Origin: Mobula hypostoma
Taxonomy: Eukaryota
Length of the DNA stretch: 64,000 nt
NCBI RefSeq assembly: GCF_963921235.1
Contig: NC_086097.1
Location: 76,386,001 to 76,450,000, forward strand
Direction of reading: 5' to 3'
The notes beneath the pieces were generated by a model. It was given only the letters and a program-made list of their open reading frames with translations, made no database searches and was not told the DNA's origin. Made by a program: the position numbers and the translations under genes. Below are positions 36,961 through 49,387 of this stretch, piece by piece. Each line of letters opens with the position of its first letter. Positions within the stretch are counted from its first letter, which is position 1.

Positions 36961-38440
36961 ACGGCAGCATACCCTGGATTAATTCCTCCATTGATAACAA
37001 TTGGGAACTAATACACTGTTTTATTGTACTGTCGTAGCATTGGAGGTGTTCTAATTTGTTGTGCTTTTCATTTAAATATATAAAATTTGTTACTCAGTTA
37101 AACAGTAGTTTGCCTTTTTCATACTTTTTTAACTATTTCCATGAAACTTTGGCTAATTGGAGCAGCTGCTTAACTGTGCTAGTCCATTTGTGTCCCAATT
37201 AACTTGATTCTACTGTATTTAGAAATTTCTTGAGGCGAGAAATTTTATCTTGATTGGCAATGCCAATAAGCACTGGAATAGAAGTTATTGTGTCATGGAG
37301 AACTGCTATATTGCAATATCATATTCACAGACGGAGGAGAAATTTCTCGACTTTAAGGTCAGGGGGCTAGAAATTTGTATGAATAATTGGAAGTCAATTA
37401 TATTCCTCTACAGAAAATTGACTTAACAAGGAGAGGAACAGTTTATGCACGTTTCTGGGAATAATGTTGCCATCTATAGGAAAATTCAAATCCATTTTGA
37501 TGGGATTTTCTTGTCCAATAGAAATTCCTTCCCCCTCCATGTGACAATCTCCCAAATGACAGCAATTCTAGAGCAATAAGCAAATTTCACTTGTTGTGAA
37601 TTTTTCAACCCCACCGCTCTAAAATGTCACAGTTCTTATTTATTTATAGGAATAAAAATGTAAGCATTCAGTCAACCAAATATTCTGGCGATGCGTTCAC
37701 AAATAAAAATGAACAAGAAAAGATGAATGATGCTTCAGTGATTCACTGCTAAACACTACAAGCTGGTTAAGTTCCATGTTGAGACCACAGAGAAAAATAG
37801 ATTTTAAAGTAGGTTTCTAAAACTCCAAAAAGTATTTTCATGAAGAAAAATATCTTGACCATTTTCTGCTTCATTTGGCTCTCTATGCATTGTGTGCTAT
37901 AACTGTATTTCTGTCTGACAAAAACAAGAGCCAAGATTACTAAAAAAGAGCAAAGTGGCAAATTTGTGGAAAATAGTTGCTAACACCATATGTGACACCA
38001 ATCCCTTAGCTTTCATGTTCAATTCATAGATTTTGTTTGTTTTAAGTCAATTGTTTACATGAGTAGAAGGCATTAGAAATAACCGATCCAAATTTCCCTT
38101 AACTCCTGTTTAGGTATATGTTTCATGGAGGAGGAACTAACTTCTGGGATGAGAGGGTTGTCCTATCAGGAGAGGCTAGACAGTTTAGATCTGTACTCCT
38201 CTGAGTTTATTTGGGTGACTTTATCGAATAGACAAGATTCTAAGTGAGCAGACGTTGTGATGTTTTCACTAATATTAGAGCCATAAACAAGGAAATGTTG
38301 CTACAAAGTAAGTGTCAGTTATTTGAAACTGAGTTACATATACATCACTTTCTCAGACAGTAGTAAATCTCTAATTATCTACCTTCAAGGATGGTGGAGG
38401 CTAAATCATTGAATATATTTATGTTAGAGGTAGTGAAATA

Positions 38441-38856
38441 TAGTAGATTCTGGTTAATTGTACCACTGGTTAACTGGGACAGCCACTTATTTGGGACAAT
38501 ACTTAATGAACAGAAACTAATCAAGACAAGAACTGGGATTTCCTTTGCTTCATTGGGATACTACTCCACTTAATTGGGACAGGGGACTATTATTGAAATG
38601 TTTCTAACTAGCATCAGTCACATGCACTTGGGTGACCATTAGTCACTATACTGTGCTTAGAGTGAGCTGTTATGTACCCCTAGGATTCATATTTTCTGTG
38701 AGCTGTCACTTTAAAATGTCAGGAGAATGAGACTGACTTTTGGACACTGTTTGGGGGGGGGAGAGAGGGAGAGGGGGAGAGGGGGAGAGGGGGAGTGGGG
38801 GAGGGGGAGGGGGAGAGAGAGAGGGGTTGGAGGTATTTGATGGAGATTCGATGTGA

Positions 38857-38895
<39 letters not shown>

Positions 38896-39758
38896 GAGCA
38901 GCTCAGACAGTGTCCAAAAGTCAGTCTCATTCTCCCGACATTTTAAAGTGACAGTCCACAGAAAATATGAACCCTAGGGGTACATAACAGAGCGATTTTT
39001 AAATAGCATCAGTTGCGTGTTTTTGTGTTCAAAAAGCAGTAATTTTTGTCACTGGTAGTTGGTGAGAAATAAGCATTAAGACAATTCAGAAGTGTTTTGC
39101 TCACTGTAGTATCAAGCATTCAGGTTAATGTATGCAAGAAACGGCTGGGGGTGAAAACAAGATGACTTCACTACTTCAGCAAGTTAGGAACTACAAAGAG
39201 TTTGATGATATCCACAATCTTTTTGGAATGTTACAATGAAAATATAGATTTGGACAATGCAACAGTTTCTAACTAGCATCAATCGCATGCACCTATGTAG
39301 CCGTTAGACACTACACTGCTTAGAGCAAACTGTTGTAAAATAGATCAGTTGGATTGCGCATGCTAGGTTATTCATTTGGGCTGATTCACACCGAGTTAAA
39401 AAGCAGTGATTTTTGACACTACAATACCTCAATGAACACAGTCATTATCTGCACTAGGTGCCTGTGCTGATTTTATTCTTTTACAGTTAACAAAAGAACA
39501 CGACAATGTACACTGTATGAATTCCTCCATAGGTAACTACTAGGAACTAATACACAGCTTTAAAGTACTGTATTAATATTGGCAGCATTCTAATTTGTTC
39601 CATATTTCATTTAACTGCATAATTTTTTACTCAGTTAAATGGAAGTTTGTCTTTTTTAAACTATTTCCATGAAACCAGAAACCAGCTAATATGGGCAGTT
39701 GCTTAATCAGGCCAAAATGTACTAGTCTTGATGGGTTCCAACTAACCAGAATCCACTG
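38441..39758. mobile_element. Tigger/pogo-like non-autonomous DNA transposon inserted in a CR1 3' fragment (from about 38125)
   Basis: TA-tagtagattctggttaattg ... caactaaccagaatccactg-TA. Confidence 0.75.
38668..38989. mobile_element. Fold-back MITE with 86-bp TIRs, TGT...ACA ends and a 4-bp TSD (Ginger-like)
   Basis: TIRs at 38668-38753 and 38904-38989 differ at 5 of 86 positions. GAGC lies on both sides. Confidence 0.8.
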
Positions 39759-39794
39759 TATATGAAAGATTGAGAAATTGATAGTTTAATCTCA

Positions 39795-40490
39795 GTGCAG
39801 AATGGTATCAAGCAGGGCTCTTCATTGTTCCAACATTTTCCTCACCACATCAGTGCATCTGAACAATAATTTTTCACTGGGATCAAGGTAACCTATAGAA
39901 CAAAAAGGAAACTATTCAACTTCTATTACCTCCACTCAAAAGCGAAGGTCACTAAAACCTCAGACAACCAGCTGCAGAATGGAGGTAATGCTTACACAAA
40001 TGCATATTTGAATGCCAACTTCAAAGTCATTTTCACCAAAGTACATGACAGAATGGGGCTTATACAGTACATCCATAAGGCAAAGGTCCTCTATTGACTT
40101 GCCTCTACTGTACAACATTGCCCCCACCAATAAAGATCTATGAGAAGTCTCTACGAAGTGTGGACCACTTCAACAATATCTCCCAAACTGCTCTAATGAA
40201 ATCCACCAAGAAGTTTTGTGTGCCAGCACAATCTTTGGCTGTCTGAGAAAAAAGTGTTTGAAAATCAAGATTTAAAAACACATTGAATCTAATGGCCAAT
40301 GAGTTAACGATCCCCGTCTTCCTGTATGCTCAACTTCTATGCTGCCTTGTATGCATGCATGACACTGGTCTCCCAAAATAAGCACCCTACTCCAAATTTG
40401 TCACGGTGAGTAACTAGTAAGTGGTCAAAGGAAACAAATGAAAAATATCCTCAATGTACTGTCAAATATTGGCTATTAAGATACCTGGAA
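39795..40490 (+). mobile_element. Highly degenerate RTE-clade LINE RT fragment
   Basis: ggtatcaagcagggct...gttccaaca corresponds to the RTE GVKQGC..AP motif. Confidence 0.5.
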
Positions 40491-43400
40491 ACTTTTTTCT
40501 ATAACATGGATGTCAATAACGTCCATAAATATCTACTTCTATAAAAGCAGTACAAATCTATCAGGTTTTTACACTAAATAACTTTACTGTTTTCTTTAAA
40601 CAAGTTAATGCCAACAGCATTGAGACATTTTCAATACTGAGTGTCACAGGAAGTGCTTCCCACTCTCACTAGGACTTCATATCAGCCAAGGGAAAATAGC
40701 GTTATCACAGGAAGAAGGAAGTTTACATGATCTATGTACAATTGGGTTATCGGGCTATAACCAGTAAGAAGAATTGAACATGGAGGCAACATTAAGCCCC
40801 TCAACCTATTCAGGTAATTAAATCTGAACTAGTTACTGAAACTAACATGTCAAATGAAACTAGCTCGCTTCTGATATTAAAAAAAAACTAGAGGTTCAGG
40901 TGTCATTTTCAATGTGATGTAATAGTGATTTGCAAAGTTCAGTAATAAGAAAATCATTGTCAAATTAGTTTGTATAAAATAATTCCAATCAAATAATGAT
41001 CATTTTACTTAATGGAAACATTTATTATCACTAACACAGAACTATTCATTTGTTAAAAGACATAATTTACCACGAATGGTTCTGTATAATATCAAGTAGA
41101 AATGCACTTTAATGACAATAAAATGTTAGTTTTGCATCTGGACAGCATTAGCTCTAGAAGTAGTTGTTCCTTAAATAAGAAGCACCTTGTATCCCCAGAA
41201 AACACTTTTAACTTGGAAAATAGCCTGATTTTAAACTGGCACCAAGAGCCATATTAAATCTGCACTGGTAGTAATTGAATAATTTATGCTGAGATTTAAA
41301 TTATTCAAATCATTTGCATTTGACTTACTTCAGTAAACTGCAATGACACAGCTTAAAAATATGAAAGAGCAACATAAGTTTAGTTTTAGTCGTAGCAAAC
41401 TCTTTTATTTATTATATTCAGATATTGAAGTGTAAACACCACCATTAACTTTCTTTTAGCGAAAGACCTGCTGCTATTTGATCTATTTCATACCTGTTGA
41501 AATAGCACGTGAAAATCAAACATTGCTTGACAAATGTGCTTTAATGGAACGTACTGTATGTTCATTTCTGAAATCTTGACCAGGTGCTAAAGAGTTATAT
41601 GCTCCTCCAAATAATTTATCCCAATCAGGCGACTTATTGTATGGCTTTACATTCAAGGTTCATCAATGGTTAATCAACAATATGTAAATCTGACAATCTC
41701 ATGTTACAGCTATATTGACTATACAGATCAGATAGTCTGTGAAATACAATATTAATTAAATGTACTTTGTATTTACATTAGTTTTGCAAAAGTATGAGTA
41801 ATTAATATAAATATATATTCTTTAACTTTTACATATTAAAATATGGATATTTTGTTACATTAAATACATTTAAATTCTTTCTTTGTAGATCTGAAGAAGC
41901 AAGGGAACACTGGTGAAAAGAAAAAACTTTAAAAAAGTTAAATGCTTTTTATTGTATGATGTTAATAAGCATCTGAGTTCTTTACAAAAGGTTTGCATAC
42001 AAAAACAACTTGTAGAGTTATTCTAATCCTAATGATCTACAAAAAGTACCTCATCAATTTTAACTATGGGTTCTATCTTTCTCATGCTGCTAGATAATTT
42101 TCAAGTTAATAATGCTCTGCATTGTTCCCACATCAGTATTTTCTTGGAATAGTCGTCTTTTCTATTTATCAAACAAATCGATCTCTCCTTCAGTCTGCTT
42201 CCTGGTGAAAAAATCTTCATTGCTACCTCAAAAGTTTTCTATCAGATGTGACAAAGAACAGTAAGATAACTCATGTTTTATTGATATATGTGAAAAGGCA
42301 GAAGGAGATTTTAAAATTTAAAGAGATATATTGCCTTAAGCTAATGACTACAGAGCAACTACTTGCAATGGGCATAAGACTTTAAAACTTTCCGCCTTAA
42401 AGAAGTACATTACAATTCTCCTGGAAAATCACCAGATTCCCATTGCAACTCATGTGAGCAATCTGCAGAAGCCACTGGAAATGCTGTTGCCAGAGTTTCC
42501 AACTCATATTGCAAGCAGCATTATTTTTCTATATTTGTTGGATCACATCACTAAAGGCGCATGTGCTGACTGCACTGGCTCAGTTGGACCAGCCTTCTTT
42601 TGATCAGCTCATCTTCTGATGAACCACTGTTAAGGTCAATAACATGGAAGAGGAAATAAACGTTAATTAAAACGAGATAAGATTCCCTCTTTCCACCAAG
42701 GCCAGAAGCATGATCTATAGCCACCAGAGTCAAAACCAAAGAAAACTTAGACTTTGTACTTTTTTTTCCAGCATGCATTTAAAGATATAAACACAATTGT
42801 TTCAACAGGCTTCCCAACAAAAGAAAGCACTTATGATCTGTTCCCTTCTTGACGATATTAAGTTATTTAATATCAGAGAGAGGCCAAGTGAATATTGTTC
42901 ACCAATGCATGAAAGGATCCTTTAAAAAGTTGTTAAGTCTTAGATCCACTGTCATATAACCAGTTAATTTTGGAACCATCAGTAAGGACAAGTCATTTGA
43001 CCCTTTTTCACCTGATCTTGATTTAGGAAATGGATTTCTGTAGTTAGATGGCACATTTATTAATTACTCTTTGATTTTGATGGTATTTCATCAAGAATGG
43101 CACTCTTGCTGTGATATCATGAGAGCTACAGTGGTGCCTAATTTTAATGGAAAGCTGGTGGAATATCTGACAAACAAGAAATTTTATGTTTTCTTTTGGT
43201 AGATATTTTAGTCACATGATCACCATTGTATTGGTTACTTTGGGCTATACGCTAATATATATCTATTGTCTTGTTAGAGTTATGTCCTGCATTTCGTTAA
43301 AACCTGAGTCATAAACCAGGTTTTGGAGCAATCTGGGCAAGGAGATAGCAAGCTGATTTCAATAATATTTAACACAATTGGCAACAGGAACACCAGCTCT

Positions 43401-43896
43401 AAGGTGCTTTGTAGCATTAGAGATGACAGCTTGGCTGAAACTTGAATTCTAGACTTTCTGGCTGATTGACAGGTTCCCAGATGAAGGCAGAAACCTCTTC
43501 CCAAAGAGTACTTAAATTTTTCTCTTTGATATAACTAAATCTGTACTTGATATTACTTTCAAAAACGCCAACTAAAAGCTACTACAAAATTGGGAAACTG
43601 TGATCAGAGGCATTTAGATGAAAGCTTCTGGATAATCCAAAGACTTGGTCAAAGCCAGATCTTGAGCTGAAAACGTAGGAAAAAATGCAAGACCTTTCAT
43701 GACTGAGAGAAAACCTGAATGTTTTTCCCCTGTGGATAATCCTTACAATGCTGTGAAGTTTACGAGCAAAAGGAGTTTTTGCCCAGCATTAGGCCATCAA
43801 ACTATTATTGATTCTGACATACTGGTGAAAAAATAGAGCCACTGGCAGATAGTAAAACAGTTCCTAAAAGGCAACCTCTGTATTCAACAGATGAAA

Positions 43897-44318
43897 CCTA
43901 CAAAGTACCCAGGACATCTTTAGGGAGCGGTGTCTCAGAAAGGCAGCGTCCATTATTAAGGACCTCCAGCACCCAGGGCATGCCCTTTTCTCACTATTAC
44001 CATCAGGCAGGAGGTACAGAAGCCTGAAGGCACACACTCAGTGATTCAGGAACAGCTTCTTCCCGTCTGTCGTCCGATTCCTGAATGGACTTTGAAGCTT
44101 TGGGACACTACCTCACTTTTTTTTAAATATACAGTATTTCTGTTTTTGCACATTTTTTAATAACCTATTCAATATAGGTAATTGATTTACTTGTTTATTT
44201 ATTAAGTTTTATTTTTTTCTCTCTCTCTGCTAGATTATGTATTGCCTTGAACTGCTACTACTAAGTTAACAAATTTCACATTACACGCCAGCGATAATAA
44301 ACCTGATTCTGATTCTGA
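43897..44318 (+). mobile_element. Rex/Babar LINE 3' end
   Basis: Nearly identical to 63645-64000. Ends aataaacctgattctgattctga. Confidence 0.8.
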
Positions 44319-44699
44319 AATGAACTCAATAGATGGCTTGAAGTATTTTTTATTGTAACTCAGTACATGTAATAATCATAAACAATTTCCAATTCATTTA
44401 TTTCTATTTACAGCTCCTCCAAATACAGTACTGGTTACTCAGCAGCCTTTTAGCTAGCATCTCCACCACTAGGAAGTGTTATTGAGTTTTTCCTGGTTTC
44501 CATACCATCTCCCTGATTCTCTCCAACCCTTTTCCCTACCTCTGAAATCAAAACATATTTGTTGCCACTATCATTTTCATGTCTACAACTTGATTTTAAC
44601 CATTTCTCTTTCCACAGATGTTCTCTTACTAAGTGGGTTTTTTTAGGTTATTATTTCAGTTTTTCAACATTTGCAGAATTTTACTTCTCTATCTTTGCA

Positions 44700-44838
44700 C
44701 CTTAGTCCTGATGAAGGGTCTCAGCCCGAAACGTCGACTGTTTACTCTTTTCTATAGATGCTGCCTGGCCTGCTGAGTTCCTCCATTATTTTGTGTGTGT
44801 TGCTTGGAATTCCAGCATCAGCAGATTTTCTCTTGTTT
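44700..44838 (+). mobile_element. Solo Penelope terminal repeat
   Basis: Same sequence as the termini at 20.5, 23.4, 54.4 and 59.6-60.5 kb. Confidence 0.8.
44704..44739 (+). ncRNA. Minimal type-I hammerhead ribozyme motif
   Basis: AGTC-CTGATGA-A-GGG-tctcag-CCC-GAAA-CG-TC-GACT. Confidence 0.7.
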
Positions 44839-45724
44839 ATGAATAACTGCTGTTCACTTTTCATCACTGTTCATATTCTTTTTAAGGTGATTGAGAAATC
44901 AAATAAACTATTACAAATAGTTTTAAAAAATAAACCTACACAATAATTTAATAATACTTTTAAGTATTGAAATATATAACAAATGCTATCTGGCATTACA
45001 GACTGCCTAATCAAGGACATCACCAGTGAACAAGGTGAGGATGGAACATCTGTTCTACTTCTGGGTTCAATGAATAAAAAATTCAAAACAAATGGGATGT
45101 AAACATAATACCATCATTGAGTAGTTGGGAAGGGATCACTTTCAAAAGGCCTATCGCCAATAAAATTTATGCCACACCATAAAATGGAAGATTGCGTCAA
45201 ATTTGATTATTTATTACCTCATTTATTGGCCCATTTCACCTATTACTACTGGCATGAAAGTGGCTTAATTTGAAGGGCACATTTGTCTTAAGGTTACTAT
45301 TAAAAGATGTGGACAGAGGAAATAAAGTGATCGTCAATATTAGGTCAGGACTCGGGAGGACATGCTGACAGTTCAAGTCCCTAAGAAACTGGCTATTCTT
45401 TATCACTGAGCATTGACATTGCATCTTCCATGATTTCCACTGGCAGAATGCAACATTGCTGCAATTCACCATGACTTTTGCCAGCTGCTAAATTGGCATC
45501 AGGTAAGACCTGGCACAAGAACAGTAAACCCTTTCTTTTCAACAGAGGGGAATGGCAAAAAGGGACAAAGACAAACGTACTTAAATGCATGCGATTATAT
45601 AAATTACTTTTGTGTTGAAGTACTTTTTTCTTTTTCTAAAGGTTATCTGATTATATAACTATTTTTTTCAAAATTTTTTGAATACATTGATGTTCAAACT
45701 CTATGATAAGCTTTGACACCTCCT

Positions 45725-48700
45725 TAGAGCTGCTAGGGAAGGTTTAAACTAATTTGGCAGGGGGATGGGAACCGGAATGACAGAGCGGAGGAGGGGGAAA
45801 ACAGAAATAAATCTCAGATAGTGAGCAGTAAAGATGTCAGGAAGGACAGGCAGGGGATGAGGCAAATTTGCAGCCATTGGGATGAGCTGCAGTGCAATCA
45901 AAGCAAATAGTACCAAATACTGGACTTAGGGTGTTATACTTAAATGCACGCAGCATAAGGAATAAGGTGAATGATCTTGTCATACAGCTACAGATTGGTA
46001 GGTATTCCTGAGGAGACTGAGGTCCTTTAACATCTGCCGGACGATGCTGAGGATGTTCTATGAGTCTGTGGTGGCCAGTGCTATCATGTTTGCTGTTGTG
46101 TGCTGGGGCAGCAGGCTGAGGGTAGCAGACACCAACAGAATCAACAAACTCATTCGTAAGGCCAGTGATGTTGTGGGGATGGAACTGGACTCTCTGACAG
46201 TGGTGTCTGAAAAGAGGATGCTGTCCAAGTTGAATGCCATCTTGGACCATGTCTCCCATTCACTACGTAATGTACTGGCTGGGCACAGGAGTACATTCAG
46301 CCAGAGACTTATTCCACCGAGATGCAACACAGAGCGTCATAGGAAGTCATTCCTGCCTGTGGCCATCAAACTTTACAACTCCTCCCTTGGAGGGTCAGAC
46401 ACCCTGAGCCAATAGGCGGGTCAGACACCCTGAGCCAACAGGCGGGTCCTGGACTTATTTCCTGGCATAATTTACATATTACTATTTAACTATTTATGGT
46501 TTTATTACTATTTATTAGTTATGGTGCAACTGTAACGAAAACCAATTTCCCCCGGGATCAATAAAGTATGACTATGACTATGACTATTGTGCCCATCACT
46601 GAGACATGGCTATAGGATGCATGTCTCTGGGAGCTGAATGTCCAAGGATACACGGTGTATCGGAAGGATAGGCAGTTAGGCAGAGGGGGTGGCGTGGCTC
46701 TATTGGTAAGAAATGATATTAAATCATTAGAAAGAGGTGACATAGGATCGGAAGGTGCAGAATCTTTATGGGTTGAGCTAACAAAATGCAGGGGTAAAGG
46801 GACCCTGATGGCAGTTATACATAGGCCTCCTAACAGCTGCCGTGATGTGGACTACAAATTACAACTGGAAATAGAAAAGGCTTGTCAGAAGGGCAGTGTT
46901 ATGATAATTGTGGGGGATTTTAACATGCAAGTGGATTGGGAAAATCAGGTCGGCACTGGATCTCAAGAGAGAGAATCTGTAGAATGTCTATGAGATGGCT
47001 TTTCAGAACAGCTTTTGTTGAGCCCACTAGGAGATCGGCTGTACTGGACTGAGTATTGTGTAATGAACTAGAGATGATTAGAGAGATTGAGGTGAAGGAA
47101 TCCTCAGGAGGCAGTGATCATAACATGACTGAGTTCACTGTGAAATTTGAAAATGAGAAGCTGAAATCCAATCTGTCAGTATTTCAGTGGAGTAAAGGAA
47201 ATTACAGTGGCCTGAGAGAGGAACTGGCCAAAGTTGACTGGAAAGGGACACTAGCGGGAAGGACAGCAGAGCAGCAGAGGCTGGAGTTTATGCGAGAAGT
47301 GGGGAAGGTGCAAGACAGGTATATTCCAAAAAAAAAAGAAATTTTTGAATGGAAAAGGGATGTAACCGTGGCTGACAAGAGAAGTCAAAGCCAGAGTTAA
47401 AGCAAAAGAGAGGGCATACAAGGAAGCAAAAATTACTGGGAAGACAGAGGATTGGGAAGTTTTTAAAAGCTTGCAAAAAGAAACTAAGAAGGTCATTAAG
47501 AGGGTAAAGATGAGCTATGAAAGGAAGCTAGCAAATAATATCAAAGAGGATACTAAAAGCTTTTTGAAGTATATAAAGAGTAAAAAACAGGTGAGAGTAG
47601 ATATAGGACTGATAGAAAATGATGCTGGAGTAATTGTAATGGGAGATAAGGAGATGGCAGAGAAACAGAATGAGTATTTTGCATCAGTCTTCACTGAGGA
47701 AGACATCAACAGTATCCCGGACACTCAAGGGTGTCAGGAAAGAGAAGTGTGCGCAGTCACAATTACGGCAGAGAAAGTACTCAGGAAGCTGAATAGTCTA
47801 AAGGTAGATAAATCTCCCGGACCAGATGGTATGCACCCTCGTGTTCTGAAGGAAGTAGCTGTGGAGATTGCGGAGGCATTAGCAATAATCTTTCAAAAGT
47901 CAAAAGATTCTGGCATGGTTCCGGAGGACTGGAAGATTGCAAATGTCACTCCGCTATTTAAGAAGGGGGCAAGGAAGCAAAAGGGAAATTATAGACCTGT
48001 TAGCTTGACATCGGTGGTTGGGAAGTTGTTGGAGTCAATTGTCAAGGGTGAGGTTACAGAGTACCTGGAGGCATATGACAAGATAAGCAGAACTCAGCAT
48101 GGTTTCCTTAAAGGAAAATCCTGCCTGACAAACCTATTGCAATTTTTTAAGGATATTACAAGTAGGCTAGACAAGGGAGGTGCAGTGGATATTGTGTATT
48201 TGGATTTTCAGAAGGCCTTTGACAAGGTGCCGCACATGAGGCTGCTAAACAAGATAACAGCCCATGGAATTACGGGAAAGTTACATACGTGGATGAGCGT
48301 TGGCTGATTGGCAGGAAACAGAGAGTGGGAATGAAGGGATCCCATTCTGATTGGCTGCTGGTTACCAGTGGTGTTCCACAGGGGTCGGTGTTGGGGTCGC
48401 TCCTTTTTACGTTGTACATCAACGATTTGGATTATGGAATAGATGGCTTTGTAGCTAAGTTTGCTGATGATACCAAGATAGGTGGAGGGGCCGGTAGTGC
48501 TGAGGAAACAGAGAGTCTGCAGAGAGACTTGATAGATTGGGAGAATGGGCAAAGAAGTGGCAAATGAAATACAATGTTGGAAAGTGTATGGTTATGCACT
48601 TTGGTAGAAGAAATAAACAGGCAAGACTATTATTTAAATGGGGAGAGAATTCAAAGTTCTGAGATGCAACAGGACTTGGGAGTCCTCGTACAGGATACCC

Positions 48701-49387
48701 TTAAAGTTAACCTCCAGGTTGAGTTGGTGGTGAAGAAGGCGAATGCAACGTTGGCATTCATTTCTAGAGGAATAGAGTATAGGAGCAGGGATGTGATGTT
48801 GAGGCTCTATAAGGCACTGGTAAGACCTCAATTGGAGTACTGTGTGCAGTTTTGGGCTCGTTATTTAATTTAATGCGCTGACGTTGGAGAGGGTTCAGAG
48901 AAGATTCACTAGAATGATTCCAGGAATGAGAGGGTTAACATATGATGAACATTTGCCCACTCTTGGATTGTACTCCTTGGAGTTTAGAAGAATGAGGGGG
49001 GACCTCATAGAAACATTTCGAATGTTGAAAGGCATGGGCAGAATGGATGCGGCAAAGTTGTTTCCCATGGCGGGGGAGTCTAGTACGAGAGAGCATGACT
49101 TAAGGATTGAAGGGCGCCCATTCAGAACAGAAATGCGAAGAAGTTTTTTCAGCCAGAGGGTGGTGAACCTGTGGAATTTGTTGCCACGGGCAGCAGTGGA
49201 GGTCAAGTCATTGGGTGTATTTAAGGCAGAGATTGATAGGTATCTGAGTAGCCAGGGCATCAAAGGTTATGGTGAGAAGGCGGGTGAGTGGGACTAAATG
49301 GGAGAATGGATCAGCTCATGATAGAATGGTGGAGCAGACTCGATGGGCCGAATGGCTGACTTTTGCTCCTTTGTCTTATGGTCTTAG
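45725..49387 (+). mobile_element. CR1 LINE: end of ORF1 plus essentially full ORF2 with few disablements; Rex insertion inside
   Basis: ORF1 end RAAREGLN*, then YLNARSIRNK, GGGVALLV, GGSDHN, the 278-aa RT piece, SGVPQGSVLG and KFADDTK. Tail is tcttatggtctta. Confidence 0.92.
46006..46587 (+). mobile_element. Young 5'-truncated Rex/Babar LINE with (TATGAC)n tail nested in the CR1 endonuclease region
   Basis: 123-aa ORF nearly identical to 14.6-15.0 kb. It interrupts CR1 QIGRY|..V.ITETW. Confidence 0.9.

Larger units (their letters stand above)
35971..37215. mobile_element. Tc1/mariner (Tigger/pogo-like) non-autonomous DNA transposon carrying nested retro-insertions
   Basis: TIRs cggtggattccagttaattggg / cccaattaacttgattctactg followed by TA. 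Same family as 38441-39758. Confidence 0.7.

Noticed and set aside
47471..48307. 278-aa RT ORF as an active gene or novel RT system
   Set aside because: Ordinary CR1 ORF2 piece in a copy with stops, frameshifts and a nested insertion.
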